Of a stretch of DNA of 64,000 nt, positions 18,691 through 26,973 are shown one piece after another. Source of the stretch: Candidatus Velthaea sp. (GTDB lineage Bacteria; Vulcanimicrobiota; Vulcanimicrobiia; Vulcanimicrobiales; Vulcanimicrobiaceae). The notes below the pieces were generated by a model. It ran no database searches. It was not told where the DNA came from and saw only the letters and a program-made list of their open reading frames with translations. Made by a program: the position numbers and the translations under genes. Every line of letters starts with the position of its first letter. The stretch's first letter is position 1. The stretch lies in contig CBDCCS010000021.1 in NCBI GenBank assembly GCA_965214935.1, positions 353,772-417,771 on the forward strand. The letters are read 5' to 3'.

Positions 18691-19286
18691 AGCGGTGACT
18701 GGGCCACCCGTACGTCGTCGAGCCGGACGTCGCCGTCGAGATAGCGTCCGCTCAAGGTGAGATCGTTACGCGCCGTCAAGACGACGTGCCCTTCCCCGTG
18801 CAATTGCTCGGTTCGGCCGTCGTATCGCAGGGTGTCGCAGGTCAAAACGCTGCCGTCGGCGGCACGTGCACGAACGCCTCCGCTCATGAGCACGCCTTTA
18901 TCTTGCTGCGTCACCTTCGCCTGTGGCGCGTCGGCGACGAGTGTCTTGCCGCGCCGGTCGTGAAAGATAACGTGCGGCAGCACGAACGTGCCGACGGATT
19001 TCGAGCCGACGATCACCGCTTGTGAAGACAACGCACGCAGTTCGTACGCAATCCGAGTGTGCTTTGTCGCACGGTCCGCCACGTATTCCACGATGGTGGG
19101 ATACCGGCCACCGGTACTTTTCGTTTCGATGTAAACCGGCTCGGCAGTCGCGCCGGCGGCCGGACCCGATGGTCGCGGCGACGCAGGCGCTGCAACCGGC
19201 GAAGCCGGCCGGCCGCCACATGCAGCAAGCGCAGCCATACCGAGCAGCGCCCAAGCCAGGTGCTTCAACGACCGTCGTAGCCCCAA
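18687..19286 (-). CDS. lptC: LptC-like LPS export protein (predicted lipoprotein)
   Basis: Lipobox LAAC, jellyroll-type segments (LTCDTLRYD, LHGEGHVVL), coupled to lptB. Confidence 0.72.
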   Translation of the reverse strand: MGLRRSLKHLAWALLGMAALAACGGRPASPVAAPASPRPSGPAAGATAEPVYIETKSTGGRYPTIVEYVADRATKHTRIAYELRALSSQAVIVGSKSVGTFVLPHVIFHDRRGKTLVADAPQAKVTQQDKGVLMSGGVRARAADGSVLTCDTLRYDGRTEQLHGEGHVVLTARNDLTLSGRYLDGDVRLDDVRVAQSPL

Positions 19287-20467
19287 CGAGCCGCCGCCAG
19301 CGTTAGGGCCGTAAACTCGGTGAATAACCCAAACGCGATGCTGGCGGAGTTGAGCAGCATGTGAACGGCGACGGCAACCATGCCTGCGAATAACGCATAG
19401 GCAAGGATACGACGTTCCGCCGACGCATTCACGAGCAGCCGCGGAACGCCCCGAAAGAAAGCGCCCAGCGTCACGGCAAAAGCGCTAAAGCCGAAGAGTC
19501 CGGTCTCCGCTAAAATCGAGAGCGGCAAGTCGTGCGGGTCGAAGGCAACCGGCGTCTCGGCACCGGGTGCGTCGGGCGCCCGCAGAACCGGATAGAGACG
19601 CTCGAAGGCGAGCGGGCCGACTCCGGTGAGCGGAAAGTGCAGCCACGTGGTGATGCCCGCGCGCCACGCGACTTCGCGCGAGCCCGTGTCTTGCGGATCG
19701 TGGTGGCGGGCGGCAAAGATCACGTTGAAGCTGAGCGCCAGCGCAAATGCTCCGAGTACGAGCCACACGTTGCGGCGCGGCCGCGTTCCGGCGATGAAGA
19801 CCGCAAGACCGGCCGCCGCGGAGATGAGACCCCAGCGCGAAAACGTCAGGGTTAAGGCGACCGTCGCGACCGCCGCGCAGACCGTGGCGAAGCGGCCGAT
19901 CGGCGTCGCTCGCCGCACGACGGCTAGACCCGCTGCTGCTCCGATATACGCCAGCAGATACTCGGCGAATTCGTTGGGGTTGAGAAACGTGCCGACAGCG
20001 CGACCGTGATTGAATGCATACAAATCGGCGGGCTGCTTCAAGCCGACGAACGCGATGGCAAGGAGCGAGGCGCACAAACCTGACCCGAGCACGGCAATAT
20101 AGATAGTCCGGGCAACGCCCGGCGCGCGGTAATAGACGAGCAAAGCGAAGTGCGCGGCGACCATGCCCGCGACGATCGTCGCAAGGCCCAAACCGACGGC
20201 CGGGTCAAAGCCGAGCAGCGCGCCGGCGTACGTGGCGACGACGTTGGGCAAAAACCACAGCCGCAGCACCGGTTCGCGGCGACCCCGGAATGCTCCGACG
20301 GCGACGCCGATGACGGCCAGCAACAGCACAACGGCGCAGCTTGCGGCGACCGGCCGGGAAACGAGCGGAGCGGTGGGCGGGTGCGGCGCAAAGGCCGAAA
20401 ACGTGCCGTAAAGAGGAAAGAAAGCAAACATGACGGCGACGGCGGCGATCGCTGCGCGATCGATCAC
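19265..20467 (-). CDS. O-antigen ligase (Wzy_C/WaaL-like) family membrane protein
   Basis: About 11-12 TM segments; RAVGTFLNPNEFA, LTFSRWG, HFPLTGVG, PHDLPLSILAETG. Confidence 0.85.
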   Translation of the reverse strand: MIDRAAIAAVAVMFAFFPLYGTFSAFAPHPPTAPLVSRPVAASCAVVLLLAVIGVAVGAFRGRREPVLRLWFLPNVVATYAGALLGFDPAVGLGLATIVAGMVAAHFALLVYYRAPGVARTIYIAVLGSGLCASLLAIAFVGLKQPADLYAFNHGRAVGTFLNPNEFAEYLLAYIGAAAGLAVVRRATPIGRFATVCAAVATVALTLTFSRWGLISAAAGLAVFIAGTRPRRNVWLVLGAFALALSFNVIFAARHHDPQDTGSREVAWRAGITTWLHFPLTGVGPLAFERLYPVLRAPDAPGAETPVAFDPHDLPLSILAETGLFGFSAFAVTLGAFFRGVPRLLVNASAERRILAYALFAGMVAVAVHMLLNSASIAFGLFTEFTALTLAAARWGYDGR

Positions 20468-21558
20468 CGTGCAGCGGTCGACGGCAGGTCCGCGATTGCC
20501 GCGGCGATCGTCGCCGCACCGCCGCGTTCGCCCATTCGCTCGCGCCCGCTTTGTGCCATATGCCGGCGGCGCACCGGGTCGTTGAGCAGCCGCACGACTT
20601 CGCCGGCGGCCAGTTCCGGCTCGCCCGGAACGATCGCCAGCGCGTCACCGAGCAGCCGAGCTTGACGCATGCGATACCACGCTGAGCGGCGCGCGCCGTC
20701 GAATTCGAGGGCAACCACCGGAACGCCGCACGCCGCCGCGGCTTCGTTCGCCGTCCCGGCTTGACCGATCGCGAGCGTTGCGTTTGCCAAGAGTGCTCCC
20801 AGCTCGCCTTGCCATGCAGTAATCGGCGGGTCGCCGTTTAGCGCCCCGGCGAACCGCGCCGGATCGAGCGTCGGTGCAATCGATAAGATTGCAACGCTCT
20901 GCGGAACGAGCCGGGCGACGCGCCGGGCAACGTCGGCTAAACGCACGCCGTCATCGTACGCGCGTTCGCGCGAACCCGGTAAGAGCGCGATCCGTTCCCG
21001 GGCCGCTCCCCAACCAACGTCCGCCGACTCGGCAAGCAGATCGACGATCACGTTGCCGGGCGCCTCGGCGGCAACGTTTTGCCGGCGCAGCAAAGCCGCC
21101 GTCGCGCTGTCCCGCACGAAAATGCGCCGGGCACCGCGTAACAAGCGGCGCTCGAACGGCCCGTACGGCGCCACATAGACGCTTTTCGCCGTCCCGACGA
21201 AGATTGTCGGGCGGCGCACGCCGTACGCCAACAGCAGAGCGTAGCTGTCGCCGACCGCCACGACCGCTTCGTATTTCGCGCGCGCGCGCCGGAGAAAGAC
21301 GAGCTGGCGTCCCAACAACCCGACGAACCCGGCGCGTAAGTCGGACCAGAGTGCGCGCAGGTTGCCCATTGCGACAAGTCCGCCGCTGGGCATCGGGCGC
21401 TGTGGCCCGACGTCGGTAAACGCCGGACCGCCGAACGCGCTGCCGACTAATGCCAAATGATCGGTGACGAACGGCCCGCGGGCGCGTAATTCGGCTGCAA
21501 TCCGTTTGGCGATTGCCGCCTCGCCATGGCCGTTGCTGACGAACAGCACGCGCGTCAC
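20464..21558 (-). CDS. Lipid-A-disaccharide synthase-related GT-B protein (TIGR03492-like LpxB paralogue)
   Basis: Starts VLFVSNGHGE; MPSGG, VAVGD, LLPGSR, QAGTANEAAA. GTG 21558 overlaps the upstream TGA. Confidence 0.82.
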   Translation of the reverse strand: MTRVLFVSNGHGEAAIAKRIAAELRARGPFVTDHLALVGSAFGGPAFTDVGPQRPMPSGGLVAMGNLRALWSDLRAGFVGLLGRQLVFLRRARAKYEAVVAVGDSYALLLAYGVRRPTIFVGTAKSVYVAPYGPFERRLLRGARRIFVRDSATAALLRRQNVAAEAPGNVIVDLLAESADVGWGAARERIALLPGSRERAYDDGVRLADVARRVARLVPQSVAILSIAPTLDPARFAGALNGDPPITAWQGELGALLANATLAIGQAGTANEAAAACGVPVVALEFDGARRSAWYRMRQARLLGDALAIVPGEPELAAGEVVRLLNDPVRRRHMAQSGRERMGERGGAATIAAAIADLPSTAAR

Positions 21559-22283
21559 GGCGCAAGTGCGACGAGCTCGAAGGCCGCAATTTCCGCCCGC
21601 CCGTTGCGACGCACCAAATCCGTTTGTGAAGCAAACGCGCCATACGGGCCGGCATGCACGATCGGAACGGTGCCGACATATTCGGGCTGCGTCAGCGTGT
21701 CGTGGCTGTGCCCGCCCAAGATGAGATCCAAGCGCGGAACGCGCCGGGCGAGTTCGCGATCGGCGCGCAGGCCGATATGCGAGAGCGCGACGAGCGTCAC
21801 GCCGTCGGGCGTTTGCGCCGCAAGGCGCTCGGCCACCGCGATCGGCGCGAGAAACCGCCAGCCGAACACGCGCTCCCAGAGACTGCCGGCCGGATACTGC
21901 GGAACGAGCAATCCGAAGAAGCGGAACGTCCATGGTTCGCCGCCGGCGCCGGTCCGCTCCAACGTGAGATCGGCCGCGAACGGGAGAACGCGCCCGAACG
22001 TGTCGACGAGGTTCGCACACACGAGCGGGTGCCGCATGAGCGCGACCCGTGCGCGCACGGCGGCGAAAAGATAATGGAACTCGCGGTTACCCATTGCCTG
22101 TACGTCGTAACCGGCAGCATCAATCGCATCGACGACCGGTTCACGCCGGTAAAAGACGGTTTGGCTTCCTCGCAAGCTATCGCCGCAATCGACGAGCAAG
22201 CCGGGCGTGCGTTCGCGTAGCGCCCGCAGCGGCGCGGCGATATGACGGCGATCGTGCAAATCGGAGGTGTGGTAGATTCGCAT
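21555..22283 (-). CDS. Calcineurin-like metallophosphoesterase (5'-nucleotidase N-terminal domain only)
   Basis: HTSDLH, DCGD, GNREF, LSHIG, DLILGGHSH. No signal peptide and no C-terminal 5'-nucleotidase domain. Confidence 0.88.
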   Translation of the reverse strand: MRIYHTSDLHDRRHIAAPLRALRERTPGLLVDCGDSLRGSQTVFYRREPVVDAIDAAGYDVQAMGNREFHYLFAAVRARVALMRHPLVCANLVDTFGRVLPFAADLTLERTGAGGEPWTFRFFGLLVPQYPAGSLWERVFGWRFLAPIAVAERLAAQTPDGVTLVALSHIGLRADRELARRVPRLDLILGGHSHDTLTQPEYVGTVPIVHAGPYGAFASQTDLVRRNGRAEIAAFELVALAP

Positions 22284-22302
22284 GGACGGCGCCTAGCGCG
22301 CG

Positions 22303-23409
22303 CTAACGGCCCGCGACGTCGAGCGCGAACGCGGCACACCGATCGAGCGCATCGGGCGCTCCCAGCGCAGCGCGCATGCGATCGTAACCGCTCAGTTGTC
22401 GTTGCGGGTCGTCGAGCAGCGCCAACAAGGCCGTTGCCAACCGGTCGGGTGTTGCGGCTTCTTGGAGCAGCTCGGGTACGATCGGCTCATTCATGACGAG
22501 ATTGGGCAACGTGATGTAGGCGCCGTGGTAGACGCGGCGCGCGATCTTCGCCTGTGCTTCGGAAAGGACGTACAGGGCTACCGCCGGCGTTTGCACGAGT
22601 GCCGCTTCGAGGACCGCGGTTCCCGATGCGATCGCGCCCACGTCCGCATCGGCGAGAGCGGCGCGGGCATCGCGTACGATTCGAACCGGCTGCGGGCTGC
22701 GCAACTGCAGCAAATGCTCGAACACCGCTTGGGCCTCGTCGTCAACGGCGACGAGGGTTGCTTGAATGTGCGGTCGACGCAGGCGCATGACGGCCAGCGC
22801 ATCGAGCAAACGGGGCGTATGCCGATCGATTTCCCCACGCCGGCTGCCCGGCAACAGCGCGACCGATCCGCCGTTCGCCGGAGCCCGCGCTCGCGGCGCA
22901 CGCGCAGCGACCGTCGAGACGAGCGGATGACCGACATAGGCGATCGGCAAATGCAGCGACCGGTAAAAATCGCGTTGATGGGAAAACGCCGTGAGCGCTT
23001 CGGTGGCGCCGGCAACTTCGCGGGCCCGCGCGACATTATCGAGCCACGCCGCCGGCGGAAAGTAATAGAGAATCGGCACGCGCGAGCCGAGATGCCGTAG
23101 CGACTTTGCCAAGCGAATGTTGAAAGCGCCGAAGTCGACGAGGACGACGAGATCCGGTGGCCGGCGCACGAGCCGCAGCGTGGTCGCCCACATAATGGTC
23201 AGCAGCTTCGGTATCTTGCGCAGCGCATCGATCGGTCCGAGCGACGCCCAGCCGCGCGTGCGATGCCAAATCCGAACGCCGGCGGTCTCCAAGCGCGTAT
23301 CACCGATGCCTTCGGCTTCGACGACGGTGCCGCGTGCGCGCATCGCCGTCAGAAGATCGGCGGCGGCTAATTCGCCCGACGTTTCGCCGGTACTTAGGAA
23401 GACGCGCAC
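22303..23409 (-). CDS. lpxB: Lipid-A-disaccharide synthase LpxB
   Basis: GETSGE, VDFGAFN, YVGHPL, LLPGSRRGEI, SGTAVLE, LPNL, PELLQ. Confidence 0.93.
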   Translation of the reverse strand: MRVFLSTGETSGELAAADLLTAMRARGTVVEAEGIGDTRLETAGVRIWHRTRGWASLGPIDALRKIPKLLTIMWATTLRLVRRPPDLVVLVDFGAFNIRLAKSLRHLGSRVPILYYFPPAAWLDNVARAREVAGATEALTAFSHQRDFYRSLHLPIAYVGHPLVSTVAARAPRARAPANGGSVALLPGSRRGEIDRHTPRLLDALAVMRLRRPHIQATLVAVDDEAQAVFEHLLQLRSPQPVRIVRDARAALADADVGAIASGTAVLEAALVQTPAVALYVLSEAQAKIARRVYHGAYITLPNLVMNEPIVPELLQEAATPDRLATALLALLDDPQRQLSGYDRMRAALGAPDALDRCAAFALDVAGR

Positions 23410-23417
23410 GATTCCAG

Positions 23418-24185
23418 TTATTTCATGACCCCGCGATTACTTTCGGCTTCGAGAAATGCCAGCAGATGACGCCCTTCATCCGTCGTGACGGTTTCGCGTA
23501 GCGTACCGATCGCTTGCGATAGATTGCGGTCGGAGCGATAGATCGCCTTATAGGCCTCTTTGAGATCGTGCAGCGCTTCGTGGCCGAATCCGTGCCGTCG
23601 CAAACCGACGCTGTTGAGCCCGTACACTTCGGCCGGATTACCCTCGATAAGGAAGTACGGCGGAACGTCACGCACCACTTTGGTGTAGCCGCCGACGAAC
23701 GAATGCTCGCCGACGCGAACGAATTGATGGACGCCGGCCATCCCGCCGATGACGGCGTAATCGCCGACCGTGCAGTGACCCGCGAGTTGAGCGAGATTCG
23801 ACATGGTCACAAAATTACCGATCGTGCAGTTGTGAGCGATGTGCGAATACGCCAGCAGCAAACAATCGGCGCCGACCGCCGTCGTGAGTCCTGCGCCCGT
23901 CGCACGGTGAATCGACACGTACTCGCGCACGATCGTTCGCGCACCGATCGTCGTGTAGGCAATTTCATCTGCCGCCTTGCGGTCTTGTGATGGCGCTCCG
24001 ATCGAGGCAAACGGATAAATCGTCGCCGCTTCGCCGATCGACGTATGACCGTTGATCACGACATGCGCGAGCAACTTTGCGCCGCGTTCGATCGTAACGT
24101 TTTCGCCGATGAGGCAATACGGACCGATCTCGGCATCCCGCGCAATGCGCGCGGACGGATGGACGATGGCAGCCGCGTGAATCAC
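23418..24185 (-). CDS. lpxA: UDP-N-acetylglucosamine O-acyltransferase LpxA
   Basis: Hexapeptide repeats, IHRAT, HIAHNC, VHQFVRVG, DVPPY, GLNSVGLRR. Confidence 0.96.
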   Translation of the reverse strand: MIHAAAIVHPSARIARDAEIGPYCLIGENVTIERGAKLLAHVVINGHTSIGEAATIYPFASIGAPSQDRKAADEIAYTTIGARTIVREYVSIHRATGAGLTTAVGADCLLLAYSHIAHNCTIGNFVTMSNLAQLAGHCTVGDYAVIGGMAGVHQFVRVGEHSFVGGYTKVVRDVPPYFLIEGNPAEVYGLNSVGLRRHGFGHEALHDLKEAYKAIYRSDRNLSQAIGTLRETVTTDEGRHLLAFLEAESNRGVMK

Positions 24186-24655
24186 TGATGCAAAATCGAT
24201 GCGTCGTTAGCAAATGCCGACGGATCGACCGAGATCGAAAACGACAACTCTGCGGAACAAACGAGTTTCGATTCAACCTTGGCTTCGACATAGACCCAGC
24301 CGATGTTGAGGCGCGTCGTCTTCACGATCGCTTCCATGACGAGTTGATCGCCCGGCACGACGGGCCGGCGAAACTTGGCTTTATCGATACCGGCCAAATA
24401 CGGAATTTTACGCGCCATATCGCCGGATGCAAGGATCGCAATGCCGCCGATCTGGGCCATCGCTTCGATGATGTATACGCCGGGAAGCACGGGATTTCCG
24501 GGAAAGTGCCCGACGAACATCGGCTCGTTGATTGAGACGTTCTTATAGCCGCGCGCAAATTTCATGGGCTCGAAGTCGGTCACGCGGTCGACGAGCAATA
24601 AGGGATACTGGTGCGGCAAGATCCGCATGATCTCGCGCACATCGAGAATCGGCAC
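24182..24655 (-). CDS. fabZ: 3-hydroxyacyl-ACP dehydratase FabZ
   Basis: LPHQYPLLLVD, GHFPGNPVLPGVYIIEAMAQ, FRRPVVPGD. Confidence 0.96.
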   Translation of the reverse strand: MPILDVREIMRILPHQYPLLLVDRVTDFEPMKFARGYKNVSINEPMFVGHFPGNPVLPGVYIIEAMAQIGGIAILASGDMARKIPYLAGIDKAKFRRPVVPGDQLVMEAIVKTTRLNIGWVYVEAKVESKLVCSAELSFSISVDPSAFANDASILHQ

Positions 24656-24672
24656 GATGTGTGTAACCCGCC

Positions 24673-25518
24673 TTACGGGTAGACGACCGCGGACGCGCGG
24701 CTGACGGTCTGAACGGGCCGCAGTTCACGCACCGCCATGCAGTGCAATTTATGACCGCTTTTGATCGCGATCACTTCGCACTGCGGATAGGCACCGAGCA
24801 ACGCCAAATCACCGATCAAATCGAGTATCTTGTGCCGGCACGGCTCGTCCGCCGAACGCAACGGAGCCAGCGGTCCGTCCGCGCCGAAAACGACGGCGTT
24901 ATCAAGCGTTCCGCCTTGCGCGAGACCGCGCCGGATCAGCGCTTCAACCTCGTGCTGAAAGCCGAACGTCCGGTTCGGCGCAACCTCGGCCAAATACGTC
25001 GCCGGGTCGACTTCCAAATCGCGGTATTGCGAGCCGATCGGCGCTTCGTAATCGACGATCATGCGAATGCGAAAGGTCGAGGCCGGGATGACGGCGAGCA
25101 GTTTGTCGCCGTCGCGAAAAATATACGGCTCGGTTGGAATAAAGCGCGCGCGCGGCTCGTGCTGAACGGCCGTCCCCGTTTGCGCGATCGCATCGGCGAA
25201 CACTTTCGAGCTGCCGTCCATGACCGGGATTTCGGGGCCGTCGACGCTGATAAGCGCATTGTCGACGCCCATACCGAGAACGGCCGAAAGCAGGTGTTCG
25301 ACCGTCGAAACGGTGTGCTCGCCGACCCCGAGCATCGTTGCGCGTCGCGTATCGACAACATATTCAGCGCGAGCCGGAAACTCAACGGCGCCATTGAGCC
25401 GGAACCGCAACCCGCTGTCCGGCTTGGCCGGCGTCAGCCGTACGCGCCCCGGAAGACCGGTGTGGAGACCGACGCCCGCGAACTCAACCGCGTCGCGCAA
25501 GGTTGATTGATATTGCAG
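24673..25518 (-). CDS. lpxC: UDP-3-O-acyl-GlcNAc deacetylase LpxC
   Basis: GVGLHTG, TVEHLLSA, EIPVMDGS, RTFGF, RHKILDLIGD, SGH. Start is CTG 25518 behind a GGAG, or an ATG overlapping the end of lpxD. Confidence 0.95.
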   Translation of the reverse strand: MQYQSTLRDAVEFAGVGLHTGLPGRVRLTPAKPDSGLRFRLNGAVEFPARAEYVVDTRRATMLGVGEHTVSTVEHLLSAVLGMGVDNALISVDGPEIPVMDGSSKVFADAIAQTGTAVQHEPRARFIPTEPYIFRDGDKLLAVIPASTFRIRMIVDYEAPIGSQYRDLEVDPATYLAEVAPNRTFGFQHEVEALIRRGLAQGGTLDNAVVFGADGPLAPLRSADEPCRHKILDLIGDLALLGAYPQCEVIAIKSGHKLHCMAVRELRPVQTVSRASAVVYP

Positions 25519-25522
25519 ATAA

Positions 25523-26557
25523 TTACTCCGCAGCTTCGCCGACATCATTGAGTTCCAACGCGTCGACCCGAGCAAACAGCTTCGGAAGTTTGCGCAGCAA
25601 TGCCTGTCCTCGCAATTCGTCGCGATGAGCGCGCGCGGGCCGGCCGCTGACCATCAGGCCGTCCGGAACGTCGCCCCAAATGTGGCTTGCACCGGCGATA
25701 ACGACTCGCGAACCGACGCTGATATGACCTTTAAATGCAGCTTGGCCGCCGACTTGCACGTAATCACCCAGAATCGTCGTACCGGCCATACCGGTCTGAG
25801 CGGCGATCGCACAGTGTTTACCGATTCGGCAATTGTGACCGATCTGACAAAGATTATCGATTTTGGTTCCGTCGCCGACCGACGTCACGCCGGTCTGCGC
25901 GCGATCGATACACGTCTGCGCGCCGACCTCGACATCATCGCCGAGTTCAACCCAGCCGACTTGCGGGATCTTCCGCAATGCGCCCTCAACAAACGCCCAG
26001 CCGAAGCCGTCCGCGCCGATCGTCGCACCGGATTGCAGCACAACGCGATTGCCGGCGCGGCAGCGGTCGAGGAAGACTGCATGCGGATGAAAGAAGCAAT
26101 CGGTCCCGACGTTGCAGTCCGCGCCGATGATGACGCCGGCGCCGAGCACCGTACGTGCGCCGATTTGCGCACGCGCGCCGATAACGGCATGCGCGCCGAC
26201 GCTAACGCCGGTTCCGATCTCAGCGCTCGGGTCGACATCTGCCGACGGGTGAACGCCGGGCGCGGGACGCGGCGGCTCGAGGAGTGCAAGCAGATCGGCA
26301 AGTGCGGCGCGCACCGACTCGACGACCAACAACGGTTTGCCGTATGCATGCGCGCTATCGACCAAGCTTGCCGCGGTTAGGATCGCGGCCGCCTTCGACG
26401 CCAGCGCCAAGCGCAAATAGCGTTCGTCGGTTGCGAACGTCAACGAACGGTCATCGATGTCATCGACCGCGGCAAGCCGCTCGACGGTAACGAGCGGGTC
26501 GCCGAGAACGCGCCCGTCGATGCGCTCGGCCAACGCGCCCAGCGTTCCCAGGCTCAC
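25523..26557 (-). CDS. lpxD: UDP-3-O-acyl-glucosamine N-acyltransferase LpxD
   Basis: Hexapeptide repeats, IGADGFG, IPQVG, IDRA, TKIDNLCQIGHN. Confidence 0.95.
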   Translation of the reverse strand: MSLGTLGALAERIDGRVLGDPLVTVERLAAVDDIDDRSLTFATDERYLRLALASKAAAILTAASLVDSAHAYGKPLLVVESVRAALADLLALLEPPRPAPGVHPSADVDPSAEIGTGVSVGAHAVIGARAQIGARTVLGAGVIIGADCNVGTDCFFHPHAVFLDRCRAGNRVVLQSGATIGADGFGWAFVEGALRKIPQVGWVELGDDVEVGAQTCIDRAQTGVTSVGDGTKIDNLCQIGHNCRIGKHCAIAAQTGMAGTTILGDYVQVGGQAAFKGHISVGSRVVIAGASHIWGDVPDGLMVSGRPARAHRDELRGQALLRKLPKLFARVDALELNDVGEAAE

Positions 26558-26973
26558 GGAGCCGGCGTAGACTTATCGTCGATCTTGAGGATTTTCTCGA
26601 TATCCGACGTGATGTCGACTCCGCCGTAGCCGACGAACTGCCGGGTGAAAACGTAGGTCAAACCCCGGTCCTTCGCGACGGCTTGTGCGGCGTTCGATAC
26701 GTCGTCGGTCAATTCGCGCTGCGCGTTGACGAAGCGGCCTTGCAACGCCGCGATCTGTTGCGCCTTTTGAGCGTTCGTTGAACTCGAGCGTTGGATCGCT
26801 GCTTCATCGGCCGCAATTTGATTTTGATAGTTTTGAAATTTCGGCCAATTACTCGTTATGCGCGCGGTGTCGATGAGGCCGACCGCCGACTTCGGCTGAC
26901 TCGAGCAGCCCGCGAGCGCTACGAATAGCGCCGCGATGCCGACCGTGCGGCGCAAACGCGAACTGTGTATCAT
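26554..26973 (-). CDS. Short OmpH/Skp-like lipoprotein
   Basis: Lipobox LAGC, VGLID, VAKDRGLTYVF, GGVDITSDI. Confidence 0.8.
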   Translation of the reverse strand: MIHSSRLRRTVGIAALFVALAGCSSQPKSAVGLIDTARITSNWPKFQNYQNQIAADEAAIQRSSSTNAQKAQQIAALQGRFVNAQRELTDDVSNAAQAVAKDRGLTYVFTRQFVGYGGVDITSDIEKILKIDDKSTPAP

